This document shows positions 27,670-38,446 of a DNA stretch of 64,000 nucleotides, piece by piece. Under the pieces are notes generated by a model, which did no database searches, was not told the origin of the DNA, and was given only the letters and a program-made list of their open reading frames with translations. The translations under genes were made by a program, and so were the position numbers. The stretch lies in assembly GCA_053919585.1 (NCBI GenBank), contig CM132788.1; one strand, given 5' to 3'. Source of the DNA: Euprymna scolopes. Its lineage: Eukaryota. Positions within the stretch are counted from its first letter, which is position 1; each line of letters opens with the position of its first letter.

Positions 27670-27790
27670 ATAACTTAGTTTTCTCCCTTTTTAACTCCCG
27701 TGTGAAACTTTACGATATATTTTTTTTTTTTCAGTTTGAGTTTCTCGTTTCTTTTCAATGCTTCCCAGTTATTTCCAACCTTTCCTCCCA

Positions 27791-27843
<53 letters not shown>

Positions 27844-29669
27844 AATTCCATCTGAAACCTCAGCGAGACCAGCTTCCTTCCTACCTATACGTCTATTTAA
27901 CTCTTCATCATCATCTGGGTTTTCTAGTAGTACCATTACTGCCATCAATCTTTGTCTTCCTACGGAAGCTCTGACATTTATAAAGATAGTGTGTCTGCTT
28001 CATTTTGAAACTATCAGCAGGCTCAGAGATAAAGATGCGGACAAAACTAAAAGAAACTCAACGAAAAAGATTACGTATCCTTTTTCTTTTCTTTTTTTTA
28101 TAGAAAATCTTAGTCGAAGTTTTAAGCTGTCGTCGTCGTCATCATCATCATCATCATCTCATGTCATTCGTACTTCATCCAAACTACTAACTATATTTGA
28201 TGGACAAAATTACAATCGTATAGTAGTAATAAATAAATAAATGAACACTAAACATAGTAACTAAAACTTAGCAATAATGAATCTTAACAAACAAGATGTT
28301 TAAATTTTTCCCTTTCTCCTAATTGTTTTCGTCCGCGTCCAAATTAGTTGGTGAAAAACTAACTTGCTAAAAAAAAATGAAAATTCGTTTTTTGTTTCTT
28401 TCTTTGTTTAATCGTTTTATTTATAGAGAATAAAATAAATAAATAAATAAGTGAAAAAGGAAGTGCTTTTTTGCTTATCACCCACAGAGGGGCACGTGAC
28501 TCCCTTACCCTTAAAAAGGTGGTCGTTCCACTCCAGCCTCTAAGTCGTATTAAAAAATGTTAATAAATTTAATTAGCTTTAGGTTAGAGACGCGGGTTGT
28601 TCTATTAAAGAAACCAAAGAACTGAATGGTTGAATAAATTAAAATTCACACGTGAAACCACAATCTCTGTATTAATGCAACTATTAGACACGATATTGTG
28701 TGTGAGTGTGTTTCTCGCCTATGCATAACTTTGATAAATATGGATACAATTTTTTTTTTTAATCTATTTATCATGAATCAAATATATATTGAAATCAAGA
28801 GAGGGAAAATGAAAACGAATTTTTGTATTATTTTAGATTTATACCCCCCCCCCAGTCCTACCTCCATAAAATGAGATTTTACTTTTTTAAGCGATTACGT
28901 GTGAACATACTGAAAAACTTGGCGGAAAGAAGAAAAATATTATTTTAGAATTCAGAAATTGAGTTAGTTTGGCATATAAACTTAACATGAAATGATCTCT
29001 ATTTCCGAATAATTCTAATAGTTTAAGAAAGTTAACCATAGTTTTTAATATACTTACATCATGTGCATTTATTTATTTATTTTTCGGTGAGGTTTTTATG
29101 CGATTATATGTTGCGTTACGATCTTGCCACCGGGACTTAGGGTTAGTGGCAAAAAAAAAATTGTTAACAGCCCTAAAAAGTTTGAATGTCCCAGAAACGG
29201 GAGACTATTTTACGTTAAATTTGTATACGAAATTGATGTTCCACTCTAAATTATAGATTTACCCCCCCCCCATTTTTTTTCAGCGTGTTAAAAATAAGTA
29301 GAGAGCTTCATTTTTTTAGGGGGATAAATCAACGGAGAGTATTAATCTACAAATTGCTTTTTAAATTCCCAATCGGGTAGATACCGTTAGCCTTTAATAA
29401 AGCAAAAAAAAATAAATAAATAAAAATAAGGCTTTTCCCCAATCTCCGACTTTTTTTTTTTTTTTTTTTGTCAATTTGTTTCAGTCTTCTGTTTTCCAGT
29501 AAAAAAAGAAAACTAATTGTTTTCGTTCCTTTTTATTCGAGGGGCGAGAACATTTTTATACCTAGTATTCTCAGTCTCATTTCCTTCCCTCATTTATTCT
29601 TGGATAAATTTTGCTTCAATATAATTGCCATTATTTTTACTACTGGATAACTGCATGGTTGACGTGTTC

Positions 29670-29749
<80 letters not shown>

Positions 29750-31417
29750 TTTATTGCTGATACCGCCAGCTGATAGGAAAGAATTGAAGTGGGGAGAGAG
29801 AGAGAGATGGGGGGGTAGATGGCGGGGAACTAAAGAAAAAAAAGTGAAGGCAAGGGACAGTTCAGCCGGCGCTGAAGGGCTGGAGGTAAAAGGAACGTAG
29901 AGATTATATTTCTCTCCTAGCGGTACAAGATTTTTGTGGGCACACGTGCGCGCGTGTGCGTGTGTGAAGGGAAGGACCTCCCCTCCACGACTCCTTAATA
30001 CAACTATCATTAATTTCTACTACTGTCGCCGCCGCAGTTACTACTACGACCAGTACCGCTACGTCTACTACGCACACACGCATGCACGCATATAGCTAGC
30101 TACACCTTCTCATGTGCGATGATGATATATGTTTCCTCTTTTTCCTCCATCACCAGTACCGCCAAGGCAGCAGTAATCCTCGGACTAGATAGATCTCATC
30201 TTCTTATCTGTGCCCAATTCTACTGATGGGAAAACTTTCTCTTTTTCCTTTTTCTTCGTCTTGCTCCTCCTCGACAATTCTTTCCGTGCTATCATTTTCT
30301 CCGTGCATTCTAAGGAGTGGCAGATAGAAACATATAACTACCCTAAGACTTCCCTCTGTCTGTCTCTCTCCTTCTCTTGCTTTTTTTCTACCTCCCCCTC
30401 TTTCTCTACTTCCTCCCTCTCGTTCTCTGTTCTCACTCTGTACTCTCTATCTCTCCCTCCACCATCCCAGCAAAGCAGTCAACCACACTGCCTGGTTCTT
30501 AACAGACTGCACCCTAGCCGTGGATAGGCACTCACGCAGTTCTCAAATATATCGTTACTAAAAACTGAACAATGTTAGAATGTATCCAGAGGTGTTACTG
30601 ATCTAACTTTCACAAACCGACGAGGGGGAAAAATACACGCGAAACAAGAACTACCTCTGCTCTGCTCCCAATATTGGAAAAAGTAAAAAAAAAAAAAAAA
30701 AAAAAAATACCATTTCCTTTTTTACACTACAGAGAAGCACCTTTTTCTTTTTCATCACATTTTTACCAATACTGGTCAGATTCCTACATTTTTGTTCCGT
30801 AATTATCGGATATTTTCGTGACTACAAAATCGGCGTTTTTCTTCTTTTTTTTTTTTTGTTTATTTTTTTTATCTACGCGGAAAGAAATATAATTTAAAAC
30901 ACAAAAATCAAGTAATTATCCTGGCTTTTTGTGCAGTAATTGTTGATTTTTATTGTGGAAAAAAATACGACCAATTTTAACGCGTGCGTGTGTGTGTGCG
31001 CACATAAGAATTCCATCTCTGTTTGTCAAACGAATTCTTTTGCTCTTCCTAACGGTGAGTTAGTTTTCTTCATCCTTTCTGATTTCGACAATTCTTTGTA
31101 CTTAACAAAAAAACAAAAACAAAAAAAAACAAGGTATTGTTGATACCATTTATTTGGTGTTAAAAACATCCTTTTGCATAAAATTAAATTTCTAAAAAGA
31201 AATTCCTGGATTGAAACTAACTTGGATAATTGAATACTCTAACCGGCGGAATTACCTTTTTTTCATTGGATGAGGAATTTATGATTATTCTATTTCAAGA
31301 GGAGACGGAGGTATACTTCTGTGGAGTGCCATCGTTACAACAACAAAAAAAAGTAATCTCTTATACGGAATTTATTTTTTCCCCTTTGGATAATTTTTAA
31401 TAGTTTTTCGTTTGTTT

Positions 31418-31450
<33 letters not shown>

Positions 31451-31575
31451 CTTGATTCATTGCATTTTGAAAAGAACAAAAACGGGTGATTTTTTGCATA
31501 TAAAAAAATAAAATTATTAATTCGAATTGATTATCTATTCTTCAAGAAAGATTACCTATCCTTCAAAATATTAAA

Positions 31576-34500
31576 ATGGGTTGTTCCTTAGGAAAACATG
31601 CCAAAAAAGAAGCCGAGGAAGAGAATCTAGTGGATAAACCTGCTGAGAAAAACGAGGAAAATGTTTTATTTGAACGTCCAGCAGCCGGCAGTGGAGAAAA
31701 TGCCCAGGAACCACTTCTTCCTGATGATGCCACAGAAGTGGCGGCTAAAGAACCGGCTCCAGATACCAACGCAGAAATGGACAGTGTAAAAGACGAGCCA
31801 AAAGAGGATGATTCACTGACTGCGGAAGTTGCCAAAGCGATGGCGGCGTCCTCTGTCAAAATAGAAGAACCTGCCCTCTCCGAAACTACTGTCACCAAAG
31901 TGACTACAGAGACACATACAACTTCACATCATGTTGATACAAAGGGTGACAAAGTTGAAAATAAGGCTGTTAGTGATGATATTAATGCCACTGCTATAGA
32001 AGTAGCATCTGAAGTGGTCAAATCGGTAACAGAAGAATGCAAGACCATGGTCACCCGTGAGGTGAGCAAGGTTTCAAGCAGTACCTCAGAAAAGGTGAGC
32101 AAACAGAGCAGCGGCGCTTCCGAGACCATTAATAGGACTAGCGGTGACGTTTCTGAGACAATTACGAAACACACAAGCAGCGCCAGCGAATCGGTCAGCA
32201 AGCTAAGTTGCAGTAGCACCCAGGAGTACACAAGTATGGTCACGTCATCAGTGAGCAAATTTACAGATGCTCAAGGTAATGAAATTGAATCCACACCTAT
32301 TGTCGAAGTAAAGGAAGATGTTGTTACCGAAGTGAAAGAAAAGTCCGAACAATCCAGCAAAACTATCGAAGAGGTCATTGACGATGCAAAACAAGCTGCC
32401 GAAGAGAAAGCAGCCCAGAATGTTGCGGAAGGTACAGCTGATATATCTACAAAGGTCGAAGAAACTGTGATGCCCGTTGTCGAAGAAGGTATTTCTGAAG
32501 TTATTACAACTGCCAAAGAATCTGTACCAAGCTCGTTATTAGATGCAGCAATTCCAGTAACTGTAGAACATGATGCTGCAGTTGTGCAAGAACCAAGCAT
32601 TGCAATTTCTTCAGATGTTGACGTGAATAAAGTGGAGGAACTTGTCCAAGAGTCATCCACGGATGCCCCTGCTGTTGTTGAAGAGGCAGCTGTTGCCCCT
32701 GTTGAAGTTGATCTCACCGAGACAAGTGTGGACAGTGGTAAAATTGCTGAAGCTGATATTACCGAGACAAGTGTTGATGCCATGCTTGTGCCATCAAATG
32801 ATCTCCAAGAAACCAGTGTGGATAGTGGTGCCGTGCAAGAAGCTATCACTGAGACAAGTGTTGATAGCCTCCTTGAATCCTCCCCGAATAACTTTCCGCC
32901 TCCACCTGCTGTGGAAGGAGAAGAGGCAGTTGTTGAAAAAGCAGAAGATATATTTAAGAGTGAACATGAAAAGCAAGTTGAAGCAAGTCAAATCTTAGCT
33001 GCTGATATGATGACTGCTGAGGTTCCTTCTGCACTACCTTCCCCTAAGGGTGCATACGAGGAAGACATCTTAATGCTAAATGAGCAAGTTGAATTTTCTT
33101 CAAAAGAGAATGTTGAACCTATTGTCGAAGAAGGAAAGCAGGAAGTTCCTCTGCTTGAAGCGCCTGTCAGTGAACCAATAGAGGTTGCACCTGAAGCTGT
33201 ACAAGAAATTGAACCAGTAGAGGCTCTACCCGAGGTTGTAGAGGAGACTGAACCAGTTGAGGCTGTACCTGAAGTTGTACAGGAAACCGAACCAGTTAAG
33301 GTTGTACCTGAAGTTGTACAAGAAACTGAACCAATTGAGACTGTACCTGAAGGTGTACAAGAAACTGAACCAGTTGAAACTGTACCCGAAGTTATACCAG
33401 AAACTGAACCAGTAGAGACTGTACCCGAAGTTGTACCGGAAACTGAACCAGTTGAGACTGTACCTGAAAGTGTACAAGAAACTCAACCAGTTGAAACTGT
33501 ACCCGAAGTTGTACCAGAAACTGAACCAGTTGACACTGTACCTGAAGTTGTACCAGAAACTGAACCAGTTGAGACTGTACCTGAAGGTGTACAAGAAACT
33601 CAACCAGTTGAAACTGTACCCGAAGTTGTACAAGAAACTCAACCAGTTGAAACTGTACCTGAAGTTGTACCGGAAACTGAACCAGTTGAGACTGTACCCG
33701 AAGTTGTACCGGAAACTGAACCAGTTGAGACTGCACCCGAAGTTGTACCGGAAACTGAACCAGTTGAGACTGCACCCGAAGTGGTACCGGAAACTGAACC
33801 AGTTGAGACTGTACCCGAAGTTCTACCGGAAACTGAACCAGTTGAGACTGTACCCGAAGTTGTACCGGAAACTGAACCAGTTGAGACTGTACCCGAAGTT
33901 GTACCGGAAACTGAGCCAGTTGAGGCTGTACCCGAAGGTGTACAAGAAACTCAACCAGTTGAGGCTGTACCTGAAGGTATAGAAGAAATTAAATCAGAAG
34001 AGACAGAAGGTGAATTAGAAGAAAAACCTGTTGAGCAAACACTCAGTGAAAAACCAGAAGTATGTGATGTACCAATGAATGAAAATGTTGAAGCTGAAAG
34101 TGAAGAGGTCGTGGATTCCAAGGTTGAAAATGATAACGTATTGGCCGAGGCATCTACCATTCCTGCTGTTATAAGTGAGGGTTTAGAACAAACAGAAAGC
34201 GATGCTGCTAGTGAGGCAGTGGTAACATCAACACCCGAGGAAACTGAAACGGCAGAAGTAATCAGCCAAGAAGAGAAGGCTGACGTTGCCGCCGAGAATT
34301 TACCTGTTATCGAAAACAATGAAACTACAGAAGTTGCTGAGAGTGAAATTGTCTCAAACGGACCCGAACAACCAATAGACATTACTGGTCCCAGTGAAGA
34401 AGTGAGTGCCGGCACTACTGCTGCCAATCTTGTAGAATCTGTCTTAGATAGTGTGAAATCAGAAATTGCCGCTGTAATGGAGGCGTCACCTGCACAAAAG

Positions 34501-34611
34501 TCTGCAACTCTTTCCGAGAATGAGTTGGATAACGAGCTTAGTTCTTCGCAGGATATACAGTCACTTCCAAATGGAGAAAATCAGGTCCAGACACTGGAAG
34601 GTATGCCATAG
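31576..34611 (+). CDS. Intronless 1011-aa acidic, Glu/Val/Pro/Thr-rich, predicted disordered and N-acylated protein; putative membrane scaffold (AKAP-like architecture)
   Basis: 3036-bp ORF in DNA where chance ORFs are short; higher GC than flanks; aaaATGG start context with an in-frame TGA 48 nt upstream; MGCSLGK N-terminus; in-frame repeats with synonymous variation. No recognised homologue. Confidence 0.93.
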   Translation: MGCSLGKHAKKEAEEENLVDKPAEKNEENVLFERPAAGSGENAQEPLLPDDATEVAAKEPAPDTNAEMDSVKDEPKEDDSLTAEVAKAMAASSVKIEEPALSETTVTKVTTETHTTSHHVDTKGDKVENKAVSDDINATAIEVASEVVKSVTEECKTMVTREVSKVSSSTSEKVSKQSSGASETINRTSGDVSETITKHTSSASESVSKLSCSSTQEYTSMVTSSVSKFTDAQGNEIESTPIVEVKEDVVTEVKEKSEQSSKTIEEVIDDAKQAAEEKAAQNVAEGTADISTKVEETVMPVVEEGISEVITTAKESVPSSLLDAAIPVTVEHDAAVVQEPSIAISSDVDVNKVEELVQESSTDAPAVVEEAAVAPVEVDLTETSVDSGKIAEADITETSVDAMLVPSNDLQETSVDSGAVQEAITETSVDSLLESSPNNFPPPPAVEGEEAVVEKAEDIFKSEHEKQVEASQILAADMMTAEVPSALPSPKGAYEEDILMLNEQVEFSSKENVEPIVEEGKQEVPLLEAPVSEPIEVAPEAVQEIEPVEALPEVVEETEPVEAVPEVVQETEPVKVVPEVVQETEPIETVPEGVQETEPVETVPEVIPETEPVETVPEVVPETEPVETVPESVQETQPVETVPEVVPETEPVDTVPEVVPETEPVETVPEGVQETQPVETVPEVVQETQPVETVPEVVPETEPVETVPEVVPETEPVETAPEVVPETEPVETAPEVVPETEPVETVPEVLPETEPVETVPEVVPETEPVETVPEVVPETEPVEAVPEGVQETQPVEAVPEGIEEIKSEETEGELEEKPVEQTLSEKPEVCDVPMNENVEAESEEVVDSKVENDNVLAEASTIPAVISEGLEQTESDAASEAVVTSTPEETETAEVISQEEKADVAAENLPVIENNETTEVAESEIVSNGPEQPIDITGPSEEVSAGTTAANLVESVLDSVKSEIAAVMEASPAQKSATLSENELDNELSSSQDIQSLPNGENQVQTLEGMP
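33172..33990 (+). repeat. Coding minisatellite, 39 bp x 21 (EPVETVPEVVPET)
   Basis: 21 in-frame units counted, 819 bp, no indels. Confidence 0.97.
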
Positions 34612-35994
34612 TTGTTTACCGGCTTTGTCTTTTAGTGTGTCCTATATTTGGAGTTACCCCTCCTGAAACAAACAAACACAAACAAAAAAAAAAGCTTACT
34701 ACGACAGACATACATTTCTACTACTACTACTACTACTACTATACTACTACCACTACTACTACTATTAGCCTGAATGTTCGCATGCTACTCTTTGCCACTG
34801 GATTGTAATATTGGGACTTGCTGCAGGGGACCTTTTCTTTGTGACTCTCTCTAGAATTTATACAAAGTGAATGTAAAAAAAACGATTTAAACAAATATAT
34901 ATATATATATGTATATATATATAACATGTATGTACGCATGCAGCATACATATTTATGTATGTCTCTGCATACATACATACGTATGTATGTATATATATAT
35001 GTGTGTGTGTGTGTCTATCTGTATGCACACATGCCTATGATTCCTCTATATTCCTTGGGAATATACTAAACATGCACCAAGTAGTGCGCAACAGACTTGA
35101 AGAACGCACGTGCAAAACATTTTTGGAATTGAAGTCAGTGACAATGGCTGCTGACTGTTGTGGTTCTAGGTATTCTTTTCTGCTAAAAAGGCATAATCGT
35201 ATTTGAAATGTCACGATTCTTCTTTACCATTTTAATTGACTCGACTTTTTTTAATGCATATACAAAAAATTGATTAAATTTTTGTAAATGACTTTTGTGC
35301 ATATATTTCTTGTGGTGACACCCTGCAGAAAAGTCCATTGTTTTTTTTTTGTTTTTTTTTTTTTTTTCCTTTTTGTTTTATATTTAAGAGAAAAAAAAAA
35401 AAGCTCCCCAGCTCACCAAACATTATGCATCAAGCATGCTTTCCAGTATTATGAGTTGAGGATTTTCTTTTAAATTTTCACCGTTTTTTTTTTTTTACAA
35501 AAAGTAAATTTGAGGAAAAAAACATTCAAACATGTTGATATTTAAAGCTAATAATATATTGTCCATATTTTTCTTAAAACTGAACAAATAAACCATAATG
35601 CAATACTGAATATATAAAAAAAATCTAATTTTTGTGAAAATATTTTTTAAATATCCATTTTTTTTTTTAATTGGAATAATTTTTACTTTTTATATCATAA
35701 TTGCTGTATAGTTATTTTCATATTTTATTTTTAAACATTGGTGTGCATATTATGATCTTTGATAACTTGTTTTTTTTATGAATATTACTAGCTTGTTTTG
35801 TCTCAAATTGTTAAACTATATTAAAACTCATATAAATATTTTAAAGGGCAGTTACTTCCCTTTTATGAGATTTTAATCTTTTCCAAAACTATAAAAACAT
35901 ATTTTAGTTGAGAGAATTAGATTTTAGCATTTTCCCTTTTTTTTTCATAACACAATTTGTTTTTATTTTTAACATTAGTTATGAAAAAAGAATT

Positions 35995-36560
35995 ATACAT
36001 GAAGACTTTGCTAATACACCCTTCAAAATTGGGATTCTATTTTCTTTCTTTTTTTAGATGATTAAACACCTTGAAAATAACTTTGTAGTAAAAACATCGC
36101 AAAAGTTTTAGAAATTTGAATGGAGATCAGTTTTGCGTATACATTTATGTAAAATGATCACCTCTTTTCAAACAAGGAGTTTCTAACCACATAGCATTTT
36201 AAGGGCGTATCACGAAAGGCCATGGTACAATGAAAGCAAAATCTCTTAATGTATGCACATGATAAAAGTACACAATTTCTAATAAATGGTCCGGAAAACT
36301 TGGCAGTAAAAACAAAAATGTTACATGCCTACCTTAAGCTTACCATTAACACTAAGTCCGGATGGCCTCACCCCTCAAAAGGATTTAATTGAAGCTAGAA
36401 AATGGTTACATGTCAATACTATCTGATCGAAAATGGGTGATCTTTTTACGTTAAATTTATATACTAAACTGATATCCCAATCTAAAATCTAAATTTGTTT
36501 TATCATTAAAAAAAAATTATTGCCAAGTTTTCAAGATGTTTGTGCATACTTGCCAAAAAA
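35995..36560. repeat. Old dispersed repeat, inverted homologue at ~59090-59620
   Basis: taaaatgatcacctcttttcaaacaaggagtttctaaccacatagcattttaagggcgtat versus the reverse complement taaaatgatcatctatttttagaccagaaatttctaactggatagcgttttaagggcatat. Confidence 0.6.
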
Positions 36561-38372
36561 GTAGAATCTCATTTTTTAATTTTTTGATGAATAAGCATCG
36601 TCCTAATGTATAAGAATGTAAAAAAATAAAATAAAATAAAATAAAAAAACAGTAGTCCCTTTAAATTAGCACAATAATATTTTTGCACAAACCAAAACAT
36701 AGTAGTAGTTTTTATTTTTTGTAAGTTTAAAGAAAATTTGGTTTTTTTTTTTTCCAATTAGAAATTTCTATTATTTATGAATGAAAAATTTTGGTTACAT
36801 ATTTTTATTTTCTTTTGCTGAATGTTTCTGCAGAATACCCCCCCGCCCCCCCTCCAAATACATGTTCTTTACTAACAGGCCTAATGAGAAACATTGTATG
36901 TGTCACCTTGGTACATTTATCCATACGTATATGTGTAAATATGTAATAGTGTACTTTTGTTTTTTATTCTGAGTCTGTGTAAGGGTTAATTAGTTGGCTA
37001 TAAATGGTTCCCACATACCAAGACTATTTTTACACAAAGCCGGAAAGGTCAAGTACTTTGTGGCAGCATCTTGTTTTAACTCTATTTTCACATTTTCTCT
37101 TCATTTTTTTTTTTTTTTTTAATTGGAACATAAACATAGTTACTACCAATACCGTTGTTCTGCTAGACAACAAACTGCTGACTGACTGACTGTTTATGAA
37201 GATTCTGCAACTGCAGTTTCTGCTTTCCAATTCATGCATTTTTTTTTCTTATTGACGCACAGCGTTTGGTTGGGGAAGCATCAGATTTCTTCCTTTTTGT
37301 TTATATATATTAAAAAGAAAAAGAGAAAGAAAATGCCAACGAATTGACCACGTCTTGTGGTAACTTTAATTTTATTCGACAATGATTGTGCAGTAATAGA
37401 TATACATTATGGGCAAAGATACATTATAGTTAACAACGAAAAAAAGAGATATAAAGAAATATTCAATAAATGTTACCAAATGCAAGAAAAGTTACTTTTC
37501 CCCTACTTACATTTTTTTCTTCAGAAAGTGTTTTAAGATTTATTCATTTCAATCATCATTCAAATGATAATTCAAAATGGTTGTACATTGACTTAAGCTG
37601 AAAACACAAATTGATGGGATTTTCGTCTTGATAAAACAAATATGCAACAAATAACTATTACAAACGCAATAAAATTTTCTACATAACTAGAACGAGATAT
37701 TATCAAAAAAGAAAAATAATTAAACTTCATTGATTTCCGGAAAGTGGCAGCAGCCATTTTGAATTATCACTTTATCGGTATGAATAAACTTTAAAACACT
37801 TTCAGAAAAAGAAAAAAAATATACAGATAGGTATAAAAGTAATTTTTCTTGAGTTTAATAGCAGGTATTTGTTGAATTTTTTTCACTCCTTTTCTCATTG
37901 TTAACTATAATGTACCATTGCTACATTCTGATATACAAACATGTCCTGGGATCACATATAAAAAAAGATGTATATATGAAGCAAAAATTGCCTATTTTTC
38001 TCCCTCTTTCTATCGCCACAACAATGATACCTAATACTCACATACATTGTCATCAATCACTTATATTTGGGTGTTTATTTGGCGATCTTGTTGGATTATC
38101 GCTGGAACAAATGTACGCGTATAAATAAATATCTGTAAAATGATTTTAAAAAATAAATTGTAATTTTCTTTTTAATTCATGAGAGATCACATTCTAACCT
38201 GCAGATCTTGTGGTACTTTGTAAAACATGGCAAACATGGCTATACATTGGAGTTTTCTTTTTATTAAAACAAAAGTGAAGTTTCATGGAATGGCTTGCTG
38301 TTGTTACCCTCACAAGTGGTGATTACATTTGGAAAATTATATTAAATACCAAAAAATATAAGGAAGAAAAGA

Positions 38373-38446
<74 letters not shown>

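Noticed and set aside
27702-28240. 160-aa and 90-aa ORFs
   Set aside because: Driven by (CT)n and (TCA)n microsatellites; no domain signal.
29594-30010. ORF containing (YI)n, and similar ORFs elsewhere
   Set aside because: (TA)n artefacts.
31702-31719. AQEPLL as an acidic dileucine sorting signal
   Set aside because: Lacks D/E at the -4 position required by [DE]xxxL[LI].
31563-32849. Antisense Ser/Thr-rich ORFs within the main CDS
   Set aside because: Shadow ORFs caused by the codon composition of the sense gene.
33226-33982. Alternative-frame and antisense ORFs over the 39-bp repeat (e.g. KLYRKLNQLRLYP, 183 aa)
   Set aside because: A stop-free repeat unit keeps these frames open automatically; they end at the repeat edges.
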